DNA from: an uncultured Clostridia bacterium
GTDB lineage: Bacteria > Bacillota > Clostridia > Oscillospirales > CAG-272
Direction: 5' to 3'
NCBI GenBank assembly: GCA_944381115.1
Contig: CALWJV010000006.1
Location: forward strand, 15,559 to 79,558
DNA length: 64,000 bases
Shown here: positions 30,832-41,793 of the stretch, one piece after another
Layout of the letters: every line of letters begins with the position of its first letter
How positions within the stretch are numbered: the stretch's first letter is position 1
Program-made: the position numbers and the translations under genes
The notes under the pieces: model-generated
The model's database searches: none
The model's input: the letters and a program-made list of their open reading frames with translations, nothing else
Told to the model about the DNA's origin: nothing

Positions 30832-31192
30832 TATACTTGTCGGACAATACGGCGAATCAGCCGCAGCAGAGTATCTTACCGCACTTGGTTACGAAATAAA
30901 AGAACGGAATTTTCGGACTCCGACAGGCGAAATAGATATAATTGCAGAAAATGAAGGAAAAACAGTTTTTGTTGAGGTAAAATCACGCAGTGCGTACACA
31001 AACTCAAGGTACGGAAGACCTTCAAACGCAGTGAATTTCAGAAAAAGAAAAAATTTTATTTCAGCCGTAATGGTTTATCAAAAATTACATCCCGAGTCAC
31101 AGCGATGCAGGATTGATGTTATAGAAGTTTATTTTCTGAACGGAAATACCGAAATAAATCATATAAAGAGTGCTTTCGGAAATCAAAAATAA
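30821..31192 (+). CDS. YraN-family (UPF0102) endonuclease-like protein
   Basis: GEIDII, VFVEVKSR, RIDVIEV; follows rnhB. Confidence 0.9.
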   Translation: MKNNILVGQYGESAAAEYLTALGYEIKERNFRTPTGEIDIIAENEGKTVFVEVKSRSAYTNSRYGRPSNAVNFRKRKNFISAVMVYQKLHPESQRCRIDVIEVYFLNGNTEINHIKSAFGNQK

Positions 31193-31286
31193 AAATACCG
31201 ATCACAAATATCCGTACATACAGGCATACTTTGATCTCCATTCACTATCCACCATACTTTGAAAATCACTTAAAATTTAAAACGCT

Positions 31287-33665
31287 ATGTCAGAATATAA
31301 AAAAGCAATTAAAACACTCGAATTTAATAAAATCCGTGAACTTTTAGCAGAATGTGCAGTTACTGACGGTGCAAAAAAAGCGGCACTTTTTTTGACACCG
31401 GAAAGCGATATTGTAAGAATTAAAAAAATGCAGTCGGAAACCGCTGCTGCAAGATATCTTATTTCAAAAAAATCATTTCCATCTTTTTTAAATATTAAAG
31501 ATATCGGTGATATAATAGAAAAAGCACGAAAAAAGTCTGCCCTTTCTTCATCTGAACTTATTGAAACGGCAAATGTTCTCCGCACAGCAAGAATGCTTAT
31601 TGATTATATAGAAAGCGGTAACGCTGAAGAAACGGTTATAGATATAATCTTCAGAAGACTTACTCCAAACCGTTTTTTGGAAGAAAAAATATACCGTTCA
31701 CTGCCAAGCGAGGATTATGTCGCCGACGAAGCCAGTCCGGCACTTGCCGACATTCGCAGAAAAATACGGCACAGCCAAAGCGCTGTAAGGGAAACACTTC
31801 AAAAATATGTTTCAGGCGCATACGGAAAATATTTACAGGAAAATATAATCACAGTAAGAAATGATAGGTTTGTCGTTCCTGTAAAGGCTGAATACAAAAA
31901 TGAGATCAAGGGACTGGTTCATGATACTTCGGCAACCGGAGCGACAGTTTTCATAGAACCTTATGCCGTCGTTGAGGCAAACAATGAACTCCGTGAACTT
32001 CAAAATAAAGAATCCAGGGAAATTGAGCGTATTTTATTTTCCCTTTCATCTGACTGCGCACTTCACGGAGAAACAATTCTCCTAAACTACATGAACATAA
32101 CAAACCTTGCATTTATTTTTGCAAAAGCGCAGTTTGCCGAAAAACTCTGTGCCGTTGAACCTATAATTTCAGAAAAAAGAATAATTAATTTACAAAAAGC
32201 AAGGCATCCTTTGCTTGACTCTAAAACAGTCGTACCTATCAGCGTAACGCTCGGACAGGATTTTGACACGCTCGTAATAACCGGACCCAATACCGGCGGA
32301 AAAACGGTAACACTCAAAACTCTCGGACTTTTTGCATTGATGGCACAGTCGGGACTTCATCTGCCGGCTGAAAAAGCAGAATACGGAGTATTTGAAGAGA
32401 TACTTGCAGATATTGGTGATGAACAAAGCATCGAGCAATCTTTATCTACTTTTTCCTCACATATGACAAATATAATCAAAATTTTAAATCAAGTAAGCCA
32501 TGAAAGTCTTGTGCTATTTGATGAACTCGGTGCAGGAACTGATCCTGTGGAGGGTGCGGCAATTGCAATTTCGGTACTTGAAGAAGTCCGCTCTTACAAA
32601 GGTGCGCTTTGCGCCGCAACCACTCATTATTCCGAATTAAAAGAATATGCGACGAATAAAGAAGGTGTTACAAATGCAGGCTGCGAATTTGATATTCAGA
32701 CATTAAAACCGACTTATAGACTCATAGTGGGTGCGCCCGGACGTTCAAATGCTTTTGCAATATCGGAAAAACTCGGACTCTCCAAAAACATAATCAGCCG
32801 TGCAGAACATTTTATAAGTGCGGAAAACAGGCGATTGGAAGATGTCATATCCGCTCTTGACAAACAAAGGACGGAACTTGAAAAAATGAAGTCCGATCTT
32901 GAAAATCAAAAGCGAGAATTTGAGAATTACCAAAATGAAAAAAGAAAATATATAGACGATTTATCTGAAAGAACATATCGAGACACGCAAAATCTTCGCG
33001 ATCAAGCAGCTCGTATGATGGAGAGCGCAAAAGCATCTTCTTCTTTTGTTTTTAATAAACTTCAAAAGCTTCAAAAACAAGAGGAAAACAAGCAAACTAA
33101 AGAATCATTAGAGAGAGCGCGAAACGAAATACGAAACAGTATCAAAAGCGCTGAAAAAGCTCTGATCTCAGGTAAAAAAGAAATTTCTGAAGGTTCAGTG
33201 CCCACATCTCCGCTTAAAGTCGGAGATGAAATTTTAATATCTTCATTAAATACTTTAGGGACCGTCATAAAACCCGCTGATAAAGATGGAAATATTACAG
33301 TGCGCGCGGGTGTAATTTTAATTAAAACAACTTTAGACAATTTAAGAACCATAAACAGCAAAAAAACGTGTCAAAAAAATAAAATTGGTACTATAAGCAA
33401 AACATTGGCTAATAAAAACTTTAAGGCAGAAATCGATCTTCGCGGTATGACAGGTGACGAAGCATGGTTTGCTGTCGACAAATATATTGATGACGCAATA
33501 CTTGCAGGAGTAAATTCGGTAACACTTTTGCACGGAAAAGGTACCGGCGCACTACGTCAGGCACTTTGGAATATGCTTAAAAAAGAAAAGAGAGTTGCAT
33601 CTTTTCGGTCCGGAAATTACGGTGAAGGAGATTACGGTGTAACCGTAATCGAAATAAAACGCTGA
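31287..33665 (+). CDS. mutS2: Endonuclease MutS2
   Basis: TGPNTGGKT, DIGDEQSIEQSLSTFSSHM, DELGAGTDP, C-terminal Smr domain (DLRGM, HGKGTG). Confidence 0.96.
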   Translation: MSEYKKAIKTLEFNKIRELLAECAVTDGAKKAALFLTPESDIVRIKKMQSETAAARYLISKKSFPSFLNIKDIGDIIEKARKKSALSSSELIETANVLRTARMLIDYIESGNAEETVIDIIFRRLTPNRFLEEKIYRSLPSEDYVADEASPALADIRRKIRHSQSAVRETLQKYVSGAYGKYLQENIITVRNDRFVVPVKAEYKNEIKGLVHDTSATGATVFIEPYAVVEANNELRELQNKESREIERILFSLSSDCALHGETILLNYMNITNLAFIFAKAQFAEKLCAVEPIISEKRIINLQKARHPLLDSKTVVPISVTLGQDFDTLVITGPNTGGKTVTLKTLGLFALMAQSGLHLPAEKAEYGVFEEILADIGDEQSIEQSLSTFSSHMTNIIKILNQVSHESLVLFDELGAGTDPVEGAAIAISVLEEVRSYKGALCAATTHYSELKEYATNKEGVTNAGCEFDIQTLKPTYRLIVGAPGRSNAFAISEKLGLSKNIISRAEHFISAENRRLEDVISALDKQRTELEKMKSDLENQKREFENYQNEKRKYIDDLSERTYRDTQNLRDQAARMMESAKASSSFVFNKLQKLQKQEENKQTKESLERARNEIRNSIKSAEKALISGKKEISEGSVPTSPLKVGDEILISSLNTLGTVIKPADKDGNITVRAGVILIKTTLDNLRTINSKKTCQKNKIGTISKTLANKNFKAEIDLRGMTGDEAWFAVDKYIDDAILAGVNSVTLLHGKGTGALRQALWNMLKKEKRVASFRSGNYGEGDYGVTVIEIKR

Positions 33666-33735
33666 CTGCCAAAATCAGCCAAACTGTATTATAACATGGG
33701 GATACGGAAAAATACTTTTAACGTCTCATTAACGC

Positions 33736-33764
33736 TTGACAAAAGCGCAAAAGGCTGTTATAAT
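33736..33764 (+). promoter_or_regulatory. Consensus sigma-A promoter of the sugar cluster
   Basis: TTGACA-17 bp-TATAAT with TG extension. Confidence 0.8.
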
Positions 33765-33829
33765 AAGTTATATTTGCAATAATAATTATAATATAAAAAA
33801 AGAGTATGGATTCAGAAAGGAAAATAATT

Positions 33830-34675
33830 ATGGCAAATTTTGTATTAAGTGCTTTTACCGATGAATATTCTCAGGATTTTTCCAAACAAATTGACGGTAT
33901 GCTTAAAAACGGTGTGCAATACACTGAAATCAGAGGCGTTAACGGAAAAAACATTTCCGCACTTACGTTTGAAGAAGCAAAAGAAGTAAAAAAACAATTG
34001 GAAGCAAACGGTCTCGGCGTCTGGTCTGTCGGGTCACCCCTTGGAAAAATCAAACTTACCGATGATATAAACGCTCACATTGAACTTACAAAACATGTTT
34101 GCGAACTTGCAAATGTTCTCGGAACACCAAGGATCAGGGTTTTTTCTTTTTTTGTACCTGATACTTCAAACATCGCACCTTACAGAACCCAGGTTTTTGA
34201 TTATATGAGTAAAATGCTTGATGTAGCAAATGAAAACGGTGTGATTCTATGCCATGAAAACGAAAAAGGTATTTTCGGTGAAAAAACCGAGGGCTGTGTT
34301 GAGATAATGAAGTACTTCAATGGAGGGTATAAATGTATTTTCGACCCTGCAAACTTTGTCCAGGCGGATGTGGTAACGTACCCTGATGCATTTAACCAAC
34401 TTAAAGATTACATATATTACATGCACATTAAAGACTGCCGCCCTGATAAAACGGTTGCACCTGCCGGAAAAGGCATCGGTCATATTCCTGAAATACTTGC
34501 AGAACTAAAGAAACTTCCCGGCACAATGACTCTTACTGTTGAGCCTCACCTTCGTGTATTTTCAGGACTTGACAAACTTGAAAACAAGGACGACAAATCA
34601 AAAATTATTGATCAGTACCCTACAAGCGAAGCAGCATTTACAGCGGCCGTTGACGCTCTTAAGGCATTACTCTGA
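33830..34675 (+). CDS. Sugar phosphate isomerase/epimerase (xylose isomerase-like TIM barrel)
   Basis: HENE, FDPANF, MHIKD, VEPHL metal-ligand pattern; ATG 33830 after GAAAGG. Confidence 0.88.
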   Translation: MANFVLSAFTDEYSQDFSKQIDGMLKNGVQYTEIRGVNGKNISALTFEEAKEVKKQLEANGLGVWSVGSPLGKIKLTDDINAHIELTKHVCELANVLGTPRIRVFSFFVPDTSNIAPYRTQVFDYMSKMLDVANENGVILCHENEKGIFGEKTEGCVEIMKYFNGGYKCIFDPANFVQADVVTYPDAFNQLKDYIYYMHIKDCRPDKTVAPAGKGIGHIPEILAELKKLPGTMTLTVEPHLRVFSGLDKLENKDDKSKIIDQYPTSEAAFTAAVDALKALL

Positions 34676-34870
34676 TATTGATTTTATGTGTCAATTAAAA
34701 TTCGGCGTCTGATCTTCATTGATTTTGCGCCGAAAATTTTTAAAATAAAATTTATTCAATAAAAAACATTAAACTAAGAAAAACAGACAAGCCAGTATAA
34801 TTACAGGTAAGTGAGTTTTCAAATTAAAAATTGCTTTATTTAATATATTATAAAGAAAGGGATCTCCTAT

Positions 34871-36343
34871 ATGTCAGAACTTAAAATGTTGGCTATTGAC
34901 CTCGGCGCAACAAGCGGCCGCGGCATAATTGGCGCATTCGACGGAAAAAAACTCTCCCTTACGGAAAATCATCGTTTCGATGATAACTCATCTTATATTG
35001 CAGGAACTCTCCAATGGAATATAATGGATATTTATGAAAATATAAAGACGGCCATAAAAAATTCCGGCGAAAGCATTAAAAGTATAGGTATAGACACTTG
35101 GGGAGTTGATTACGGTCTTATAGACAAAAGCGGCCGTCTTATAGGAAACCCGGTAAACTACCGGGACGGACGTACCGACGGTATGATTGAGTATGCCGAA
35201 AAATACATGAGTAAGGAAGCTCTTTACAGTGTTACCGGTATCCAGTTCATGAATTTCAACACGGTTTATCAACTCCTTGCTGAAATTAATTTAAATCCGA
35301 AACTCCTTGACTCTGCAGACAAACTCCTTATGATCCCGGATCTTTTGAATTACTTTTTGACAGGTGTAAAATTAAATGAATATACAAATGCAACCACCGG
35401 AGCACTTGTAGATGCAAAAACCGGCAAATGGGCATACGATGTATTGAAAAAATTCGGTATTCCTTCTCACATTTTCGGTGATATCGTACTCCCCGGAACA
35501 AAGGTAGGAAAACTTACCGATCAAGTTAAGTCGGAAGTCGGAAATATAAACGCCGATGTATTCACAGTTGCGTCTCACGATACTGCATCTGCAATAATGG
35601 CTGTTCCCTCTACAAATAAAGACTTCGTTTACATAAGTTCCGGAACATGGTCACTTATGGGTACCGAACTTTCCTCTCCCGTTATATCCGAAAAATCTCT
35701 TGAATACACATTCACAAACGAAGGCGGTGCTGAAGGAAAAATATGCTTCCTTAAAAACATAATGGGTCTTTGGATCCAAACAGAATGCCGCAGAGACTTT
35801 GCAAAAAAAGATGGCTTTAAAACATCTTATGATGATCTTGCCGCAATGGGCGATGCAAGCGAACCTATGCGTTCTGTAATCGACCCCGACGACGTTTTAT
35901 TTACCCCACCGGGAAATATGACCGGAAGAATTGCAGACTATTGCAGAAAAACAGGTCAGCCGATTCCTGAAACCAAAGGTGAATTCGTCCGGTGCGTATT
36001 CGACAGCCTTGCGTTACGTTACCGCAACACTTTACGTAAGATCGAGGATATGTCCGGTATAAAGACTCCGTTTATACACATTATAGGCGGCGGTTCCAAA
36101 GAAACACTCCTTTGTCAGTACACTGCAGATGCTTGCGGGATCCCGGTTTATGCAGGTCCAAGCGAAGCAACAGCCATAGGCAATCTTGTATCTCAATTAC
36201 TTGCCCTCGGTGAACTCGGAAGTCTTACGGAGGCAAGACAAATGGTAAAAGATTCTTTTGACGTAAAATGCTATGAACCTAATTTGAAAAACAAAAAAAT
36301 TTGGGATACAGGTTACGAAAAATTTTTAACATTAACCAAATAA
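34871..36343 (+). CDS. rhaB: Rhamnulokinase-family FGGY sugar kinase
   Basis: AIDLGATSGR, IDTWGVDY, YRDGRT, SHDTASA, SSGTWSLMG, KNIMGLW; exact substrate uncertain. Confidence 0.85.
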   Translation: MSELKMLAIDLGATSGRGIIGAFDGKKLSLTENHRFDDNSSYIAGTLQWNIMDIYENIKTAIKNSGESIKSIGIDTWGVDYGLIDKSGRLIGNPVNYRDGRTDGMIEYAEKYMSKEALYSVTGIQFMNFNTVYQLLAEINLNPKLLDSADKLLMIPDLLNYFLTGVKLNEYTNATTGALVDAKTGKWAYDVLKKFGIPSHIFGDIVLPGTKVGKLTDQVKSEVGNINADVFTVASHDTASAIMAVPSTNKDFVYISSGTWSLMGTELSSPVISEKSLEYTFTNEGGAEGKICFLKNIMGLWIQTECRRDFAKKDGFKTSYDDLAAMGDASEPMRSVIDPDDVLFTPPGNMTGRIADYCRKTGQPIPETKGEFVRCVFDSLALRYRNTLRKIEDMSGIKTPFIHIIGGGSKETLLCQYTADACGIPVYAGPSEATAIGNLVSQLLALGELGSLTEARQMVKDSFDVKCYEPNLKNKKIWDTGYEKFLTLTK

Positions 36344-36606
36344 ATCTGAATTTAGAAAAACATTCAGATTTGAAAAATAAAAAAGATATCCGTAGTTTTC
36401 CGGATATGCTTGTAAAATTACGTTTACTTAGTTTTTTTATACTTTATTCTCTAAAATATTTTTCAAACTTATATATATTTATATTTTAAAATTTTAAAAA
36501 TCTTAAAAACATCCTACATTTTTACGCAGGCAAAACAGTATCATTTGTTCTTTAACATATAACGGTAAATATAAAATTCCCATATTACCGAAAGGAAATT
36601 TTTAAA

Positions 36607-37647
36607 ATGATTAATCTCGAAAAAGAAATTCGTGAGCAAACGAAAACAATAATAGCCACATATCGGTCATGCCTTCCTATAATAAAAGAGATAGTGTCAG
36701 CGGCAAAGGTCAAGGATACAAATCTTATTTACTTCGTGGCAAGAGGAACATCAGACCATGCCTGCATATATGCGCAATACCTATTCCAGACAGTAATAGG
36801 GATTCCTTGCGCTCTTGCAACCCCTTCCGTTATTACAAAGTATAAAGGAAAACTGTGCTTTAAGAATACACTTGTCATAGGTGTCTCTCAATCAGGTGCC
36901 GCAGAGGACGTGATGGCAGTACTTAACCGCGCAAAAAATTGCGGCGCCATTACGGTCGGTATCACCAACACCCCAGGTTCTCTTGTTGCAACGACAGCGG
37001 ATCATCACATATACCTTGGTGTCAGTGAAGAAAAGTGCATTGCAGCAACAAAGACATTTACTGCACAACTTGCAGTCATGACCGCTATGGCAGCGGTCTG
37101 GGCAGACGATAAGGAAATTTTTGCCGGAATGGAGGAAATATCTGACAAGGTCGCCGAGCTTTTAAACACTGTACCAACACAGATAGAGTCAATAATAAAC
37201 AACTTCATTTTCCTTGATAACGGAGTCGTTATAGGGCGTGGATATAATTACTCCATCGCGCGTGAAGGTGCTCTGAAAATACTTGAAACAAACAAAATAA
37301 ACATGTACGGATACTCCATGTCCGATTTTTATCACGGTCCTTTTGCCTGCCTTACAAACGGCGGAACCGTATTTCTTATAGCATCTGACGGTGTTATGTA
37401 CGATGATTCCAAGGCTATTCTTGAAAAACTTTGCAATACACCTGCCCGCGTAATAGTTCTTTCAGATAACGAAGAAATCCTAAAAAACTGCAAGTATGCA
37501 ATAAAAGTACCATCAGTCAGAAGCGAAATATTTTCTCCCTACATGTTTGCAATAACATTTCAAATATTTGCGTTAAAATTAGCGGAAATAAAAGGTATTG
37601 ATCCTGATAAATCAAACATTATAAAAAAGATAACTGTTACAAAATGA
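36607..37647 (+). CDS. SIS-domain protein (GlmS/AgaS-like sugar isomerase/deaminase)
   Basis: ARGTSDHA, SQSG, AATKTF, EGALKILE, HGP, C-terminal KITVTK; no glutaminase domain. Confidence 0.88.
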   Translation: MINLEKEIREQTKTIIATYRSCLPIIKEIVSAAKVKDTNLIYFVARGTSDHACIYAQYLFQTVIGIPCALATPSVITKYKGKLCFKNTLVIGVSQSGAAEDVMAVLNRAKNCGAITVGITNTPGSLVATTADHHIYLGVSEEKCIAATKTFTAQLAVMTAMAAVWADDKEIFAGMEEISDKVAELLNTVPTQIESIINNFIFLDNGVVIGRGYNYSIAREGALKILETNKINMYGYSMSDFYHGPFACLTNGGTVFLIASDGVMYDDSKAILEKLCNTPARVIVLSDNEEILKNCKYAIKVPSVRSEIFSPYMFAITFQIFALKLAEIKGIDPDKSNIIKKITVTK

Positions 37648-37854
37648 TCAATGAAACTGTTTTACGGTATATTATAAAAATACGTAAGACAGTTTTATTT
37701 TATTTTTTAATCAAATAATGTAAAAAATATACAAAAAACATGATCTTTTTTAAAAAAAAATTTTACAGTAAAATTAATAAAGTTGTTGAAAATTGTTTGT
37801 TTTTTTGTTATAATAGTATATATAAATTATCTGCTATTTCGGAGGAAAAAAATA

Positions 37855-38997
37855 ATGGAAATGGAACAAATATGCGGCAAACTCAGTATAATGGGTACAA
37901 GAGGCTGCGATGAGTTTCTTAATAAAGTGGATACATGGCTCAAAACATGGTCCGGAAATGATGAAACAACTTTGATTCATCCGCAATATATACGTTTCGG
38001 AACAGGGGAAGCAAAAGTTGTAATAAACGATTCCATGCGTAACCATGATATTTTTGTTTACGCAGATGTTTTTAATCACGGCGTAAAATTCAAAATGTAC
38101 GAAAAAGAATATCCAATGAGTCCGGATGACCACTTCCAGGATCTTAAAAGACTTATTTGTTCTTTTGCCGGTAAAGGTCGCAGAGTAAATGTAATTATGC
38201 CTATGATCTACGAAGGCAGACAGGATAAACGTACACTTCGTGAGTCTCTTGATGCAGCAATCTCTCTTCAGGAAATTTCCAATATGGGCGCTGAAAACAT
38301 TATTTCATTCGATATACATAATATAGGTATACAAAATGCAATACCTATGTGTAGTTTTGACAATGTCCACCCGACTTACCAGATGATAAAAGCTCTTCTT
38401 AAAAAAATACCTGATATTGCAATTAATAAAGAAAAACTTATGATGATCTCCCCCGATGAAGGCGGAATGAATCGTTGTATGTACTATTCCTCTGTTTTAA
38501 AACTCGAACTCGGTACCTTCTACAAACGTCGCGACTACACTGTAATCAAGGATGGTAAAAATCCGATAAAGGCTCATCAGTACCTTGGAAAACCGGTACG
38601 GGATAAAGATGTTATAATCGTTGACGACATAATTTCCTCCGGTGAATCCGTTCTTGATGTTGCAAGACAACTAAAATCAAGAGGAGTTAAACGCGTTTTC
38701 ATATTTGCCTCGTTCGGACTTTTCTGTAACGGTCTTAAAAAAATCGATAAAGCGTATAAAGACGGTGTTATTGATCAGATCTTTACGACAAACCTTATAT
38801 ACAGAACCGATGAACTAAGATCAAGAGAATGGTATACAGAAGTCGATATGTCAAAATATGTTGCGCTACTCATTGCCACACTTCATCAAAATAACAGCAT
38901 AAGCACCATGCTTAACCAAGTCGACAAAATCCATAAGCTCATTGAAAAACTTGATGAAAACGGATTATTAAAGCCCGAATACAGAGGGACACTTTAA
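37855..38997 (+). CDS. prs: Ribose-phosphate pyrophosphokinase (long clostridial type)
   Basis: YEGRQD, SPDEGG, KRR, VIIVDDIISSGES PRPP motif; ATG 37855 after GGAGG. Confidence 0.9.
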   Translation: MEMEQICGKLSIMGTRGCDEFLNKVDTWLKTWSGNDETTLIHPQYIRFGTGEAKVVINDSMRNHDIFVYADVFNHGVKFKMYEKEYPMSPDDHFQDLKRLICSFAGKGRRVNVIMPMIYEGRQDKRTLRESLDAAISLQEISNMGAENIISFDIHNIGIQNAIPMCSFDNVHPTYQMIKALLKKIPDIAINKEKLMMISPDEGGMNRCMYYSSVLKLELGTFYKRRDYTVIKDGKNPIKAHQYLGKPVRDKDVIIVDDIISSGESVLDVARQLKSRGVKRVFIFASFGLFCNGLKKIDKAYKDGVIDQIFTTNLIYRTDELRSREWYTEVDMSKYVALLIATLHQNNSISTMLNQVDKIHKLIEKLDENGLLKPEYRGTL

Positions 38998-39064
38998 TAA
39001 AAACAAAAACGGGGTTGTATATACAGCTCCGTTTTAATTGTTTCAGCGTAAGGAGTAAAATTAT

Positions 39065-39736
39065 ATGTGCGAAAATGAAAAAGAAAAATTGAAAAACAAG
39101 CAAAAATTCACAACAGACGACCTTCTGAAAATTATAAAAATCCTCCGAGGTAAAGGAGGTTGCCCTTGGGATGCTGAACAAACTCACAAAAGTATAATCC
39201 CAGGACTTATTGAAGAAACTTATGAAACGGTAGAAGCAATCGAAAAAGAAAACCCCGATATGCTCTGTGAAGAACTTGGAGATGTGTTACTACAGGTAAT
39301 TTTCCATGCAGATATTTCAGCTGACGAAGGAAATTTTACGTACGATGATGTTGTCAGCGGTATATGTAAGAAAATGATTACACGACATCCGCACGTTTTC
39401 GGTAATGTAAGCGTCGAAAACTCCGATGAAGTTTTAAAAAATTGGGATAAGATCAAGGCTGAAACAAAATCGCAAAGTAATCTTTATCAAAAATTGGATT
39501 CCGTTGCAAAACCTCTTCCTGCACTTATGCGTATACAGAAACTTATACATAAGGCTGCAAAGGAAAATGTCAGACCAGATGATAACCTTTTGACCGGAAT
39601 TGAGGGTGAAGCGGCAAACGCTCTGCTTTCTGCTGTTTACAAATGTGAGCAACTTAGCATTAATGCCGAAACTGTCCTACGCCGACTTTCAGATGCATTT
39701 ATAGAACAGGTACATGATACGTCAAAAAACAAATAA
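39065..39736 (+). CDS. mazG: MazG-family nucleoside triphosphate pyrophosphohydrolase
   Basis: GCPWDAEQT, EETYE, EELGDVLLQ, RHPHVF; second domain degenerate. Confidence 0.9.
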   Translation: MCENEKEKLKNKQKFTTDDLLKIIKILRGKGGCPWDAEQTHKSIIPGLIEETYETVEAIEKENPDMLCEELGDVLLQVIFHADISADEGNFTYDDVVSGICKKMITRHPHVFGNVSVENSDEVLKNWDKIKAETKSQSNLYQKLDSVAKPLPALMRIQKLIHKAAKENVRPDDNLLTGIEGEAANALLSAVYKCEQLSINAETVLRRLSDAFIEQVHDTSKNK

Positions 39737-39827
39737 AAGTAACTGTAAATCATTTGGAAATTTTTTACATAAATATAATACTTTTGTGATATTGTTTAAG
39801 TATTTTTCAAGTGTGCCTTAACAAACA

Positions 39828-39855
39828 AAAAGGAGCAGATAAATCTGCTCCTTTT
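39828..39855. terminator. Bidirectional Rho-independent terminator
   Basis: AAAAGGAGCAGAT-AA-ATCTGCTCCTTTT between convergent genes. Confidence 0.8.
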
Positions 39856-39856
39856 A

Positions 39857-41653
39857 TTATTTATACTGTGAATAATACAATTCTGCATAAACTCCGTTTT
39901 TCTTCAATAATGTTTCGTGATTTCCGCTCTCTGCTATCTCCCCGTCTTTCATTACCAAAATCACATCAGCATTCTGTATAGTAGAAAGTCTGTGTGCAAT
40001 TACAAAACATGTCTTTCCCTCCATAAGTCTGCACATAGCTTCGCTTATCTTTGCCTCTGTTCTCGTGTCAACATTTGAGGTTGCCTCATCAAGAATCAGT
40101 ATCACACTTTTCGGAAGCATTGCTCTTGCTATTGTCATTAACTGCTTTTGCCCCTTTGATATATTTGCACCGTTATCGGTTATCTCCGTTTCATACCCGC
40201 TTGGTAACGCTTCAATAAATCCGTTAATTTTTGCCCTCTCCGCAACCGCCTTTACCTGATCCGCAGTTACATTTTCACTGCCATAAGCAATATTATCGTA
40301 AACACTTCCGTTAAACAACCATGTATCCTGTAAAACCATTGTAAACGATTTTCGCATTTCATCTCTTTTTCTTTCACGTATATCAATACCGTCTATCAAT
40401 ATACTTCCGTCATTTACATCGTAAAACCGCATTAAAAGATTTACAATGGTTGTCTTACCTGCGCCGGTATGTCCTACTATAGCCACTATACTTCCCGGCT
40501 CCACTTTTAAATTAAAATTCTTTATAATAATTTTATCGTCTTCGTAACCAAAATTTACATTTTTAAATTCAATTTGACCGTTTGTAATCGGATCGGATAC
40601 TGCATTTTCTTTATCCGGGGTATCCTCTTTTTCGTCCATAAGACGGAAAATACGTTCACCAGCCGCAAATGCTGACTGTATTTCACTATATATATTTGTA
40701 ATTTCATTTATAGGACCCGAAAATTTTCTTGAGTAAAGAACAAATGACGAAATCGCACCAAGCGAAAGAGTTTCTGGTGAATACAAATAAAGCAATGCGC
40801 CGAAAAAAGATATGAGTGCAAGAGAAATGTTATTTATAAAATTTACAGAAGGTCCTGCAATACATGAATATCTGTCAGAGCGATAATAGGCATCTGTCGC
40901 TGCCGTATTCTTAATCTCAAAACGATGAGTAAATTCGGACTCCTTATTATATGCCTTTATTGTCCTGAAACCGCCTATTGATTCTTCAGCAAATCCATTC
41001 ATTTCTCCGAGTTTTCCGGAACGTTCTCTGAAAAGAGGTCTTCCTCTTTTTGCCCTGTACCGTGAAAAAATTATAGACATAGGTATTGTTATCAAAAAGA
41101 CCAGTACAAGTAGCCTTGAAATTGTAAGCATCATAATAAACGAACCCGTAACTGTTATAAGCGCAGTACAAATTTGTATCAGATCTGCAGATAGAGATGC
41201 ACTTACTGTGTCAACATCATAAGACATTGTACTTATTATCTCACCGGACTGATGTGTATCAAAAAATTTTATCGGCATGCGTGACAGTTTTTGATAAAGA
41301 TCCCGGCGAATGTTGAAAGTTATTCTTTTGCTAACTTTGGTCATGAGAAAAGACTGCAAAAAAGTAAGACCGGCTGAAAAAATATAAAATACTGCCATAA
41401 GTTTAACATAGTAGAAAACTTTTTCAAAATCAACGCCTTCCGGTTTTATTGCGTTAATAGCCGGTTCAGAAAGTTTTGGTCCGATAAGTGCAAACAAATT
41501 GCTGAATACAACTATCACACCGATTATGATTAAAGGCAGACGCATCTGGTTAAGATATTTCCAAAGACGAAAAATAACCGCTTTTCTCCGCTCTGAACTG
41601 AGTTTTTCTGCTCCCATGCCTCTGCCGCGAGTCATATTTGGCGCTTTATTCAC
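39857..41653 (-). CDS. Heterodimeric ABC exporter subunit (TM288-like)
   Basis: TMD plus NBD: GHTGAGKT, ISKGQKQ, ILDEATS, AHRLST; GTG 41653 after GGGGG preferred, ATG 41713 possible. Confidence 0.92.
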   Translation of the reverse strand: MNKAPNMTRGRGMGAEKLSSERRKAVIFRLWKYLNQMRLPLIIIGVIVVFSNLFALIGPKLSEPAINAIKPEGVDFEKVFYYVKLMAVFYIFSAGLTFLQSFLMTKVSKRITFNIRRDLYQKLSRMPIKFFDTHQSGEIISTMSYDVDTVSASLSADLIQICTALITVTGSFIMMLTISRLLVLVFLITIPMSIIFSRYRAKRGRPLFRERSGKLGEMNGFAEESIGGFRTIKAYNKESEFTHRFEIKNTAATDAYYRSDRYSCIAGPSVNFINNISLALISFFGALLYLYSPETLSLGAISSFVLYSRKFSGPINEITNIYSEIQSAFAAGERIFRLMDEKEDTPDKENAVSDPITNGQIEFKNVNFGYEDDKIIIKNFNLKVEPGSIVAIVGHTGAGKTTIVNLLMRFYDVNDGSILIDGIDIRERKRDEMRKSFTMVLQDTWLFNGSVYDNIAYGSENVTADQVKAVAERAKINGFIEALPSGYETEITDNGANISKGQKQLMTIARAMLPKSVILILDEATSNVDTRTEAKISEAMCRLMEGKTCFVIAHRLSTIQNADVILVMKDGEIAESGNHETLLKKNGVYAELYYSQYK

Positions 41654-41793
41654 TTTCCATCCCCCTTTTTCGTTTTTCGAAAAACTTAAAATTTTTATTG
41701 CCGCTGTATCCAATCATTAAAATATCTGATTTTTAAATAAAAACTTCATTCAGTTTTTGAGTCTTTATGACTTGCCTTGATCTTAATATACTC

